A DNA stretch of 36,482 bases from Candidatus Phoenicimicrobium oleiphilum (GTDB lineage Bacteria; Atribacterota; Phoenicimicrobiia; Phoenicimicrobiales; Phoenicimicrobiaceae): contig JBDIWJ010000014.1 of NCBI GenBank assembly GCA_039638295.1, forward strand, positions 1 through 36,482, given 5' to 3'. Shown here one piece after another: positions 1 to 8,489 of this stretch (within the stretch, counting starts at the first letter, position 1; each line of letters starts with the position of its first letter). The notes under the pieces are model-generated. The model ran no database searches, was not told where the DNA came from, and worked only from the letters and a program-made list of their open reading frames with translations. The position numbers were made by a program, and so were the translations under genes.

Positions 1-1344
1 AAAAATATATTACCTACCTATTCTTTAGAAGAATTTGTAAATTCTTTAGAGGTTCCTCGGAAGATAATCCTATTAGTAAAGCAAGGCAAACCGGTAGATG
101 AGTATATTGAAAAGCTCGTCCCTTTGTTGGAAAAAGATGATCTGATTATAGATGGAGGTAATTCTTATTTTAAAGATACGATAAGGCATAATAAAAAGTT
201 GAGCGAATTAGGATTATTGTTTATCGGGACAGGAATTTCTGGAGGAGAAGAAGGGGCTTTAAAGGGCCCTGCCATAATGCCTGGTGGACAAAAAGAAGCT
301 TATAATCTAATGGAGGATATCTTTAAAAAGATTGCTGCTAAAGCCTATGATGGTGTTCCTTGTGTATCCTATATTGGTCCAGATGGAGCTGGCCATTTTG
401 TTAAGATGGTCCATAATGGCATTGAATATGGAGATATGCAGTTAATTGGAGAATGTGTTTGGATATTTAAGAATGCTTTGAATATGAGTTCAGGAGAGAT
501 TGCTCAAATTATGACCGAATGGAATAGTGAAAATGATGTCCTACGGTCATATCTAATAGAAATTACCGGAGAAAGTATGAAAGAAAAGGATAAAAAGAGT
601 AATGAATATTTGGTTGACTTGACAGCTGATATTACCAGGATGAAAGGCACAGGGACCTGGACAGTGCAAAGTGCTTTAGAGTTATTAGTTCCCATTCCTA
701 CTATTGCAGCTGCAGTCTTTTCCCGAGAGATGTCACAAGATAAAGATTTAAGATTAAAATTATCAAAAGAATTATCAATTTTTAGAGAAAGATACATAGG
801 GGAAAAAGAGCAATTTATAGAGATTGCCCATAATGCTCTATATCTTGCCAAGATTTCTTCTTATGCTCAGGGTATGGCCTTATTGCAAGCTGCCTCGAAG
901 GAATATAATTGGAATCTTAATTTAGGGGAAATTGTAAAAGGATGGCGAAGTGGGTGTATAATTCGGGCTCAATTTTTAGACGAAGTTACTAAGGCCTATA
1001 AGGAAAATCCAGAATTGCCCAATCTTCTAACTGCTCCTCGATTTGCCGAAGTAGTGAAACAAGATCTTAGAAAATTAGCCAACTTTATAGAGATTGCTCA
1101 TTGGGTAAAGGTACCTGTCCCAGCTATGGATAATGCCTTTGATTATATTCTTCAGCTGGCCAGTCCGGTGATGATTTCTGCCCAGGTGTCTGCCTTGCAA
1201 AGAGATTATTTTGGAGCACACGGTTATTTTAAGCTTAAAGGTATAGATAACCCAGAGATAATGACTACAAAAGAAGGAAAGGTAAGAGAATTTCATACCG
1301 AATGGATGTTACCTGGACGGCCGGAAGAGGAATGGACAAAATAG
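1..1344 (+). CDS. gnd: 6-phosphogluconate dehydrogenase, decarboxylating (5' end outside window)
   Basis: Frame is open from base 1 (KNILPTYSLEEFVNSLEVPRKIILLVK...). Motifs IDGGNS, GISGGEEGA, GHFVKMVHNGIEYGDMQ, KGTG, GCIIR and QRDYFGAH are present. Confidence 0.97.
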   Translation, partial: KNILPTYSLEEFVNSLEVPRKIILLVKQGKPVDEYIEKLVPLLEKDDLIIDGGNSYFKDTIRHNKKLSELGLLFIGTGISGGEEGALKGPAIMPGGQKEAYNLMEDIFKKIAAKAYDGVPCVSYIGPDGAGHFVKMVHNGIEYGDMQLIGECVWIFKNALNMSSGEIAQIMTEWNSENDVLRSYLIEITGESMKEKDKKSNEYLVDLTADITRMKGTGTWTVQSALELLVPIPTIAAAVFSREMSQDKDLRLKLSKELSIFRERYIGEKEQFIEIAHNALYLAKISSYAQGMALLQAASKEYNWNLNLGEIVKGWRSGCIIRAQFLDEVTKAYKENPELPNLLTAPRFAEVVKQDLRKLANFIEIAHWVKVPVPAMDNAFDYILQLASPVMISAQVSALQRDYFGAHGYFKLKGIDNPEIMTTKEGKVREFHTEWMLPGRPEEEWTK

Positions 1345-1420
1345 TATATAGTCGATAGTATATAGTATATAGAGAAAAACGAAAAGCGCAAAAAAATTCG
1401 TATCTCGTATCTCGCAAAGA
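1342..1420. repeat. Short tandem heptamer repeats (TAGTATA-like, then TCGTATC-like)
   Basis: tagtata-tagtcga-tagtata-tagtata-tag at 1342-1372 and ttcgtatctcgtatctcgcaaaga at 1397-1420. The latter motif recurs near 2812 and 31523-31560. Confidence 0.8.
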
Positions 1421-1439
1421 AAATAGTAATGTATAATAT

Positions 1440-1464
1440 GTAGGGGCAGACCTTGTGTCTGCCC
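1440..1464 (+). repeat. GTAG-type REP-like hairpin
   Basis: GTAG-GGGCAGAC-CTTGT-GTCTGCCC. Same architecture as the hairpins at 10820, 30524 and 31619. Confidence 0.8.
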
Positions 1465-1492
1465 GTAGTTGACTAGTTAAGGGAGGATTAAT

Positions 1493-2770
1493 GTGCTGTT
1501 AATCGAAAATCTCGATGGAGAATTAACGAATGAACAATTAAAGGAAATTGTAAAGGAAAGTCTGAAAGATTTTGGTTCAGTAAAAAAAGCTCTACTAATT
1601 CATCCTGATTATACCAGAACAGATTTTACCGATAAATTGGCTCCTCTTATTTATCAAGAGTTAAAAAATAAAGGAATGACTCAGATTGACTCTTTAAATG
1701 CCGGTGGTACTCACCGAGCAATGACTGATAAGGAAATTCGGATTAAGTTAGGACTTTCCAACCAGATTAATTTTACCCACCATTATAATCACGAATATAA
1801 TAATACAGAACAATTGGTAATCGTGGGGGAAATTCCCGCCTCTTTTGTAGCAGAAAAAACTCAAGGTGAACTCTTTCAATCTATTCCGGTAGTGGTGAAT
1901 AAATTAATTACCGAAGATTATGATTTGGTTATTGCTTTAAGTGGGACCCTGCCCCATGAAGCTGCTGGTTATGCAGGAGGGCTGAAGGTCTTTTTTCCGG
2001 GAATTTCAGGCCCCGAGGTGATAGATTTACTGCATTGGGCTGCAGTACTTATTGGTATTCCTCAAATTATCGGTACTGTTGATAATCCAGCCCGTGATGT
2101 TATAAATAGAGGATCTTCCTTTATATTTGATAAAATAAAAGCACCAACAATTTCTTTTAATATGGTCTTTGAGGAAACAGGACATCAGGTGATACCTAAA
2201 GGACTATATATAGGGACAGGTTTTAATGGTTTTATTGAAGCCTATAAACGGGCAACAAAGGCAAGTTCTCAGCTCCATATAGTTTATATAGATAAACCTC
2301 TTGAATTTGCTGTTCAAGTTATTGATAAGAGTTATGATGAGATTTGGACTGCCGGAAAAGGTTCTTATAAACTACAGAGTCCCGGAGTTATGGCGCCAGG
2401 TGGGGAGATCATTATTTACGCCCCCCATATTAATTGTTTTCATTCTCGACCAGAGATGGACTTTGCCTTAAAGCAAATAGGTTATCACTGCAAAGATTAT
2501 GTAAAGAAATATTTAGAATCAAATCCCGAGTTTAGTAAAAATATTGCTGCCCATATGATAAATGTTCGAGGACCGGGAAGATTCGATATCAATTCTGGGA
2601 AAGAAGAATTTGACTTTAAAGTCACTTTAGCTACTGGAATCTCAAAAAATGTTTGTGAATCGGTAGGATTAGGTTATCGTAACCCTGATTTAATCCGTAA
2701 AGAAGATTTTATCGGGCAAAAGAAACTCTGGATCGAGAATGGGGGGAAATATCTCTATAAAATAAAATAA
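1493..2770 (+). CDS. LarA-family (lactate racemase/DUF2088) nickel-pincer-dependent 2-hydroxyacid racemase/epimerase
   Basis: GTG start with GGGAGG RBS. Motifs PDYTR, GGTHR, PHEAAGYAGGLKVFFPG, downstream H (LLHW) and AGKG match the LarA catalytic His/Lys/Asp/Arg pattern. Confidence 0.88.
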   Translation: MLLIENLDGELTNEQLKEIVKESLKDFGSVKKALLIHPDYTRTDFTDKLAPLIYQELKNKGMTQIDSLNAGGTHRAMTDKEIRIKLGLSNQINFTHHYNHEYNNTEQLVIVGEIPASFVAEKTQGELFQSIPVVVNKLITEDYDLVIALSGTLPHEAAGYAGGLKVFFPGISGPEVIDLLHWAAVLIGIPQIIGTVDNPARDVINRGSSFIFDKIKAPTISFNMVFEETGHQVIPKGLYIGTGFNGFIEAYKRATKASSQLHIVYIDKPLEFAVQVIDKSYDEIWTAGKGSYKLQSPGVMAPGGEIIIYAPHINCFHSRPEMDFALKQIGYHCKDYVKKYLESNPEFSKNIAAHMINVRGPGRFDINSGKEEFDFKVTLATGISKNVCESVGLGYRNPDLIRKEDFIGQKKLWIENGGKYLYKIK

Positions 2771-2791
2771 ATATAATTATATAGGAATTTC

Positions 2792-3041
2792 CTTTTTGCG
2801 TAGGCCCTAATTTGTATCTTGTATCTCGTAAATAATATTTTGTGAAGATGGTTAGCCAGTTTGCCAGTTACCCCGTTTAAGAATTAAAATTATTTTGGTT
2901 AACTGTATCAATTATTAACTCTCATCATTTAACTTTGGAACTTGTATTTGAAATTAATGATTGGAATTAACTGGTTAACTGGCAAGCGGGATAACCGGGT
3001 AACTAACTAAAAACTAACAACTATACACTATCGACTAAGTT
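2792..3041. repeat. Composite intergenic repeat element, copy 1
   Basis: 2792-2834 matches 31504-31546 at 34/43. 3008-3041 matches 31831-31864 at 29/34. Internal imperfect inverted repeat 2850-2877/2969-2996 (23/28) is built of AACTGGxx octamers. Confidence 0.75.
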
Positions 3042-3059
3042 AAAAGGAGGAAACGATAG

Positions 3060-4373
3060 ATGAAAAATGTAGTTATTGCTCAATCAGGTGGGCCAACTTC
3101 GGTAATAAATAATAGTCTTAGAGGAGTTATTGATGAGTTAAATCTATCAAAAAAAATTAATAAAATATATGGTGCAAAGATGGGTATTCTCGGAGTTTTA
3201 AAGGAAGAGCTAATAGATATTTCTGCTCAAGATCCCCATCAAATAGCTCTATTAGCAGAAACTCCATCTGCTGGGACAATCGGTAGCTGTAGGTATAAGA
3301 TAAAGAGTGATGAGGATTTAGCCCGCATTGTAGAGGTCTTTAAGAAACACGAGATTGGATATTTCTTCTATTGTGGTGGCGGGGATTCAATGGATACTGC
3401 TAATAAAGTAAGCAAATTGGCGCAAAAAGAAAATTTAGAATTGATTTGTACTGGCATACCCAAAACTATTGATAATGATGTGGGAGGACCCTTGCAAGCT
3501 GATGGAACATTTGCTGTTTGTGACCATGACCCGGGATATGGGAGTGTGGCTCGTAACCTGGCTATTAATATACTGGAAGCAAATGAAGAGAATAAGGCAA
3601 GTTATACCAGTGACCCGGTTTTGGTTATTGGAGTAATGGGAAGAAAAATTGGTTTTATTCCAGCAGCAGCTCGTTTAGCTGATCCGGAAAGGAAAATACC
3701 ATTACTGATTATACTTCCCGAAGCTTTGTCAAAAGATGATTATTTAGGAAATTTGGAATTTATTACTGAAAAGGTAAATAAAAAGTTGAAGGATTTCGGT
3801 AGGTGTATAGTGGTTATTGGGGAAGGAGTAGAATTAGGAGATCTGGGGGTACTTAAAGATAGTTTTGGTCATGCCCAATTTAGTGCTTCCGAACGGACAG
3901 TTGAACAACTGCTTATAAATTATTTGAACGGTACAGATAAAAAAGATGAGAAAGGACAAGCCCAGAGCCGTTTAATAGTTAGAGGTATTGCGCGTTCGGA
4001 AAGACCGGGGACTCGCCAGAGACGCGAGATTGCCTATGTATCCGAAGTAGATAAAGAAGAGGCTTATCAAGTGGGAGTATATGCTGCTCAAATCGCCTTA
4101 GCTGGAGAGAATGGCTTTATGTCAACAATATCCAGAAAACCTGGTGGGATTTATAAAATTACCTATGATAAAATTCCTTTAGATATAGTGGCTAACTCGG
4201 AAAGGAAATTTCCACAAGAATGGATTAGTGCTGATAAAGTAGATGTAACTGATGATTTCGTTGAATGGGCCTTACCTCTTATTGGGAGTCCGCTTCCTCA
4301 ATTTACCCGGTTTAAAGAGGTTTATGTTTCCAAAAAATGCAGAGAATATGTGCCAGTAGGGTATAGGACATAG
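3060..4373 (+). CDS. pfp: PfkA-family phosphofructokinase, pyrophosphate-dependent type
   Basis: AQSGGP, GSCRY, GGGDSMD (Asp at the donor-specificity position), PKTIDND (Lys) and MGR. Strong AAGGAGG RBS. Confidence 0.88.
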   Translation: MKNVVIAQSGGPTSVINNSLRGVIDELNLSKKINKIYGAKMGILGVLKEELIDISAQDPHQIALLAETPSAGTIGSCRYKIKSDEDLARIVEVFKKHEIGYFFYCGGGDSMDTANKVSKLAQKENLELICTGIPKTIDNDVGGPLQADGTFAVCDHDPGYGSVARNLAINILEANEENKASYTSDPVLVIGVMGRKIGFIPAAARLADPERKIPLLIILPEALSKDDYLGNLEFITEKVNKKLKDFGRCIVVIGEGVELGDLGVLKDSFGHAQFSASERTVEQLLINYLNGTDKKDEKGQAQSRLIVRGIARSERPGTRQRREIAYVSEVDKEEAYQVGVYAAQIALAGENGFMSTISRKPGGIYKITYDKIPLDIVANSERKFPQEWISADKVDVTDDFVEWALPLIGSPLPQFTRFKEVYVSKKCREYVPVGYRT

Positions 4374-4388
4374 AAAGGAGAGGAAATA

Positions 4389-5432
4389 ATGGCTTTACCA
4401 AGACTTACTGAAGAACAGATAAAAAATGACCCAGAGCAACAGCTAAAGAATTTTAAAAGGACTAAAGATTTTTTAGTAGCAATCGATACCGATGGCTGTG
4501 TTACTGATAATATGAATGGAAAACAGATGTTAATTTTTCACCCCCAATTTATGGAATTTTATCAGTTATGGGGGATCGAATCTTACTATAGGGAAGTTGC
4601 TGAATACTACAATCTTTTTTCTGTGGATAGAGGATGTAATAGATTTATCTCTATCCAACTTACTTTAACTGCTCTTCAGAACAGAAAAGATGTTCAGAAA
4701 GTATTACAAGAAAGACATATAAAATTACCTGATATAAAACCTTTAAATGAATATATTGCCTATGCCAAAGAGAATAAGTTAGGGTTAGGGAATCCAAGTT
4801 TAGAGAAATTTCTCAATCAGAATCCTACAGATTTAGCCATATATAAACTTTTAGGATGGAGTGAGGCAGTAAATAGGATGTTCCCTCATATTTCCGCAAA
4901 GATTCCCCCCTTTGATAAAGTTAAAGAATGTTTAGAATTAATGGCTCAATATGCAGATATATTAATTGTCTCTAAGACCCCCTATGCAGATTTAGCAAAT
5001 TACTGGGAAGCTCAAGGGATTGCTCAATACGTCCAGATTATTGCTGGCCAAGAAATGGGGTCAAAAGGACACCATATTGAGATGGCAAAAAAAGCAGGTA
5101 ATTATGAAGATGATGATGTATTAATGATAGGTGATGGTGGTGGTGATTTAAAGGCAGTAAAAGCAAATAACGGACTTTTTTATCCTACCCCCCCTGGCCG
5201 AGAACAGCAAGCCTGGAATAATTTTCCCGAAGCCTTTCAACGATTTATAAAAAGGGAGTATAAAGGAGAATTTGAAGATAAACTTTTAAAGGAATTTGAC
5301 AATGCACTTCTTACTTCTCCACCGTGGCAGGAAGATAATTATGATCACATAAGATCTTACAGGGAAAAACAGGAGATAAGAAAAGCCCTGTATGCAAAGT
5401 TTAATCCCCAAGGCAGGTTGCTAATATTATAA
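4389..5432 (+). CDS. HAD-superfamily hydrolase (probable sugar-phosphate phosphatase)
   Basis: Motif I AIDTDGCV, motif II VS, motif III K (GSKG), motif IV MIGDGGGD. AGGAGG RBS. Confidence 0.85.
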   Translation: MALPRLTEEQIKNDPEQQLKNFKRTKDFLVAIDTDGCVTDNMNGKQMLIFHPQFMEFYQLWGIESYYREVAEYYNLFSVDRGCNRFISIQLTLTALQNRKDVQKVLQERHIKLPDIKPLNEYIAYAKENKLGLGNPSLEKFLNQNPTDLAIYKLLGWSEAVNRMFPHISAKIPPFDKVKECLELMAQYADILIVSKTPYADLANYWEAQGIAQYVQIIAGQEMGSKGHHIEMAKKAGNYEDDDVLMIGDGGGDLKAVKANNGLFYPTPPGREQQAWNNFPEAFQRFIKREYKGEFEDKLLKEFDNALLTSPPWQEDNYDHIRSYREKQEIRKALYAKFNPQGRLLIL

Positions 5433-5437
5433 AATAT

Positions 5438-5476
5438 CAAATATTTTTAAAAGTTATGATTTTTTAAAAATATTTG
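5438..5476 (+). terminator. AT-rich inverted repeat after the HAD gene (possible terminator or processing stem)
   Basis: CAAATATTTTTAAAA (5438-5452) / TTTTAAAAATATTTG (5462-5476), perfect 15-bp arms. Confidence 0.45.
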
Positions 5477-5583
5477 GTAAAAAAGAAGGGAGGTTGATAA
5501 AAATTGTAGTATAATATAAAAAGAATATAAAATTATATATTCTATATGGTTAAAAACCATAAAATAAAATTAGGAGGTTTTTT

Positions 5584-6588
5584 ATGAAAAGGTTAACTTT
5601 AACATTATTATTGGTTATAGTGCTGGTAGGTAGTGTGTTTATGACGGGTTTAGCAGCAGGTAAAGTGCTTCATATTTATACTGCATTTGATACAGAAGAA
5701 GCTAAGTATTATATTGATGCTTTTGAGAAAGAAACAGGTATTGATGTAGAATGGGTAAGAATGTCTTCTGGGGAAGTCCTGGCCCGGATAGAGGCTGAAG
5801 CAGCAAATCCCCAAGCCAGTGTCTGGCATGCTGGCTCCAATACCTCTCATATAAATGCAGCATTAAAAGGATTGCTTGAGCCTTATAAACCCAACACAGA
5901 TTTTGAACTATCAGAAATACTACATGCCAAAGACTGGGCTTGGACTGGATTTTATACTGGTGCTATTGGATTTGTTTCTAACATTAATTTTTTAAAGGAA
6001 CATAATGTAGAAGCACCAACTTCTTGGTCTCATCTTTTACACCCAGCTTTTGAAAAAAATGTTGCAATGGCTTACCCTTACACTTCAGGTACTGCTTATA
6101 CTACCTATGCTACTCTTGTCCAGATGATTGGTCTGGAAAAAACCCTCGACTGGTGGGAAGATTTTGATAAACATAGTATTTTACAGTATACAAAATCAGG
6201 AACTGCCTGTATATCTATGGTAGGATTAGGCGAAGTAGCGGTAGGGATTGCTTTTTCCCATGATATTATGGCTAAAGGTATAAATGCAGGATATCCAGTA
6301 GTTATGACCTTCCCCTTAGAGGGAACTGGCTATGAAGTAGGTGGTCTTTCTTTAATTAAAGGTGGACCAGAGCCCGAATTAGGTAAGCAATTCATTGATT
6401 GGTGTTTTACTAAACAGGCACAAGATCTCTTCCAGAAATATAATCGTTTACCGGTTAATCCCAAAGCCACAGTTGCCGAAGGTTCTGTAACTTTAGATCA
6501 GGTTAAATTAATCGATTATGACCATATCTGGGCCGGAGAGAACAAAGATGCTTTAGTAACTGCCTGGAGAGACAGAATAGGAAAATAG
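5584..6588 (+). CDS. ABC substrate-binding protein, AfuA/FbpA family (sugar-phosphate type)
   Basis: Signal peptide. Motifs RMSSGE, TSGTAYT, AFSHD and EGTGYEVGG, as in AfuA-type proteins. Confidence 0.88.
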   Translation: MKRLTLTLLLVIVLVGSVFMTGLAAGKVLHIYTAFDTEEAKYYIDAFEKETGIDVEWVRMSSGEVLARIEAEAANPQASVWHAGSNTSHINAALKGLLEPYKPNTDFELSEILHAKDWAWTGFYTGAIGFVSNINFLKEHNVEAPTSWSHLLHPAFEKNVAMAYPYTSGTAYTTYATLVQMIGLEKTLDWWEDFDKHSILQYTKSGTACISMVGLGEVAVGIAFSHDIMAKGINAGYPVVMTFPLEGTGYEVGGLSLIKGGPEPELGKQFIDWCFTKQAQDLFQKYNRLPVNPKATVAEGSVTLDQVKLIDYDHIWAGENKDALVTAWRDRIGK

Positions 6589-6642
6589 TTGAAGCTTAGA
6601 AGTTTATTATTTAGATGAAACAATTGAGATAAAATGAATATC

Positions 6643-6693
6643 TATAGTGATCCTTGCTGTAAATGGATTGTTATAATAGCAAGGGTCACTATA
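6643..6693 (+). terminator. Intra-operon stem-loop after the binding-protein gene
   Basis: TATAGTGATCCTTGCTGT / ATAGCAAGGGTCACTATA, an 18-bp stem with two G-U pairs, followed by TTTT. Confidence 0.75.
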
Positions 6694-6748
6694 TTTTATG
6701 TCTCAGGGTTTTATCCCTTGAAAATCTTGAAAAAATTTGAGGTTGAGT

Positions 6749-8458
6749 ATGACTGGTACCCAGAGAAAAATACGAGAGATAACAGAACAGTTTCGGTTAA
6801 TATGGAAGGAACCGTTGTTATTTATATCCATACTTGCTATATTCTATTTCTTATTGACTTTCGTGGCATTTCCCATATTTCAGGTTTTCAAAACTAGTTT
6901 ATATATTAATAATAAATTAGATATTTCTAATTATTTGGCTATTTTTTCAAAAAGATACTATTTTCAACCTTTCCTAAACAGCATGATTTTAGGTGTATGT
7001 ACTGCAACTATTGGAACTATAGTTGGATTTATTTTTGCTTATGCTCTTACCAGAACAACTTTACCTTTTAAGAATTTCTTTCGAATGACTGCAACGTTTC
7101 CTATTATTTCTCCTCCCTTTGTAGTTGCTCTGGCGGCTATTCTTCTTTTTGGAAGATCAGGAAGCCTTACTCCCTATTTAACTAAAATTATAGGCCGTTA
7201 TTCCATATATGGGTTGGGAGGATTGATAATTGTTGAAACAATTGCCTATGCGCCAACAGCGTTTTTAGTTCTATATGGTATTCTTCAAGCAATTGATCCA
7301 GCATTAGAAGAAGCCTCTATGGATTTAGGAGCTTCTGATATAAAAGTATTTTCTACTATTACTCTTCCTTTAGCTACTCCCGGAATTGCCAGTGCCTGGT
7401 TATTAGTATTTATTCAATCTATAGCTGATTTTGGAAATCCAATGGTTATCTCTGGAGATTTTAGGGTTCTCTCGGTACAAGCTTTTTTGCAAATCACTGG
7501 AATGTATGATCTTTCCAGGGGTTCAACCTTAGCAATCCTTCTCTTGCTACCTACATTGACAGCATTTTTTGTTCAGAAGTATTGGGTATCAAAGAGATCC
7601 TATGTTACTGTGACTGGAAAACCCACAGGTGCTATGATAAAAAAAATAGAATGGTATATAAAAGTACCAGTTTATACTTGTTGTGTCGTTTTTACAGGGA
7701 TTATTTTCTTATTTTATGGAATGATTGTATATGGTTCTTTACAAACTCTCTGGGGAGTTGATTCAACTCTTACCTTAAAGAATTATGTAGAAATGTTTCA
7801 GGTAGGCAAAGATTATCTTATTGATTCTTTAACCCTTTCTACAGTAGCTACTCCTGTAACCGGAATTTTAGGGATGTTTCTGGCATTTCTTATTATCAGG
7901 AAAAAATTTATGGGTCGTGGTCTAATGGAATTTATTTCTATGTTGACTTTTGCTGTTCCTGGAACTGTTGTAGGAATAGGATATATTCTTGCTTTTAACC
8001 AAAAATCAGTCTTATTCCCCTTTATACTAACCGGAACAGCCTGGATTATTATCACCCTTCTTATCTTCAGAAATATGCCTGTGGGAATACGTTCTGGAAT
8101 TGCTTCACTTCAACAAATTGACCCATCTATAGAGGAAGCTTCTACCGATCTTGGTGCAGATAGTAATATTACTTTCCGAAGGGTTACTCTACCAATGATA
8201 GCCCCTGCATTCTTCTCTGGTTTAGCTTATAGTTTTGTAAAAGCTATGACTGCTATTAGTGCAGTAATTTTTGTTGTATCTGGTAAATGGAACCTAATTA
8301 CTGTTGCCATATTAGGTTTCGTAGATAACTTTAAATACGCTCAGGCAGCAGCTATGAGTTTAACGCTAATATTTATTGTATTAATTGCTCTTGGAATTAT
8401 TCAGTTAATCGTAAATCGTATTGGTAAAGGAGCGAGAACTATAGAAATTGTTGGCTAA
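6749..8458 (+). CDS. ABC permease, AfuB/FbpB family (two fused TM domains)
   Basis: Two EAA loops (EEASMDLGA, EEASTDLGA). ATG at 6749 behind GAGGT is preferred over TTG at 6737. Confidence 0.93.
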   Translation: MTGTQRKIREITEQFRLIWKEPLLFISILAIFYFLLTFVAFPIFQVFKTSLYINNKLDISNYLAIFSKRYYFQPFLNSMILGVCTATIGTIVGFIFAYALTRTTLPFKNFFRMTATFPIISPPFVVALAAILLFGRSGSLTPYLTKIIGRYSIYGLGGLIIVETIAYAPTAFLVLYGILQAIDPALEEASMDLGASDIKVFSTITLPLATPGIASAWLLVFIQSIADFGNPMVISGDFRVLSVQAFLQITGMYDLSRGSTLAILLLLPTLTAFFVQKYWVSKRSYVTVTGKPTGAMIKKIEWYIKVPVYTCCVVFTGIIFLFYGMIVYGSLQTLWGVDSTLTLKNYVEMFQVGKDYLIDSLTLSTVATPVTGILGMFLAFLIIRKKFMGRGLMEFISMLTFAVPGTVVGIGYILAFNQKSVLFPFILTGTAWIIITLLIFRNMPVGIRSGIASLQQIDPSIEEASTDLGADSNITFRRVTLPMIAPAFFSGLAYSFVKAMTAISAVIFVVSGKWNLITVAILGFVDNFKYAQAAAMSLTLIFIVLIALGIIQLIVNRIGKGARTIEIVG

Positions 8459-8489
8459 AAACAAACAGATTTAAACGAAAGGATAAATT

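Noticed and set aside
124..126. TTG at 124 as the gnd start
   Set aside because: The frame is open and Gnd-like from base 1, so the true start lies outside the window.
6634..6897. 87-aa ORF between the binding protein and permease
   Set aside because: It runs through the stem-loop, overlaps the permease in another frame, and has no SD or homology cues.
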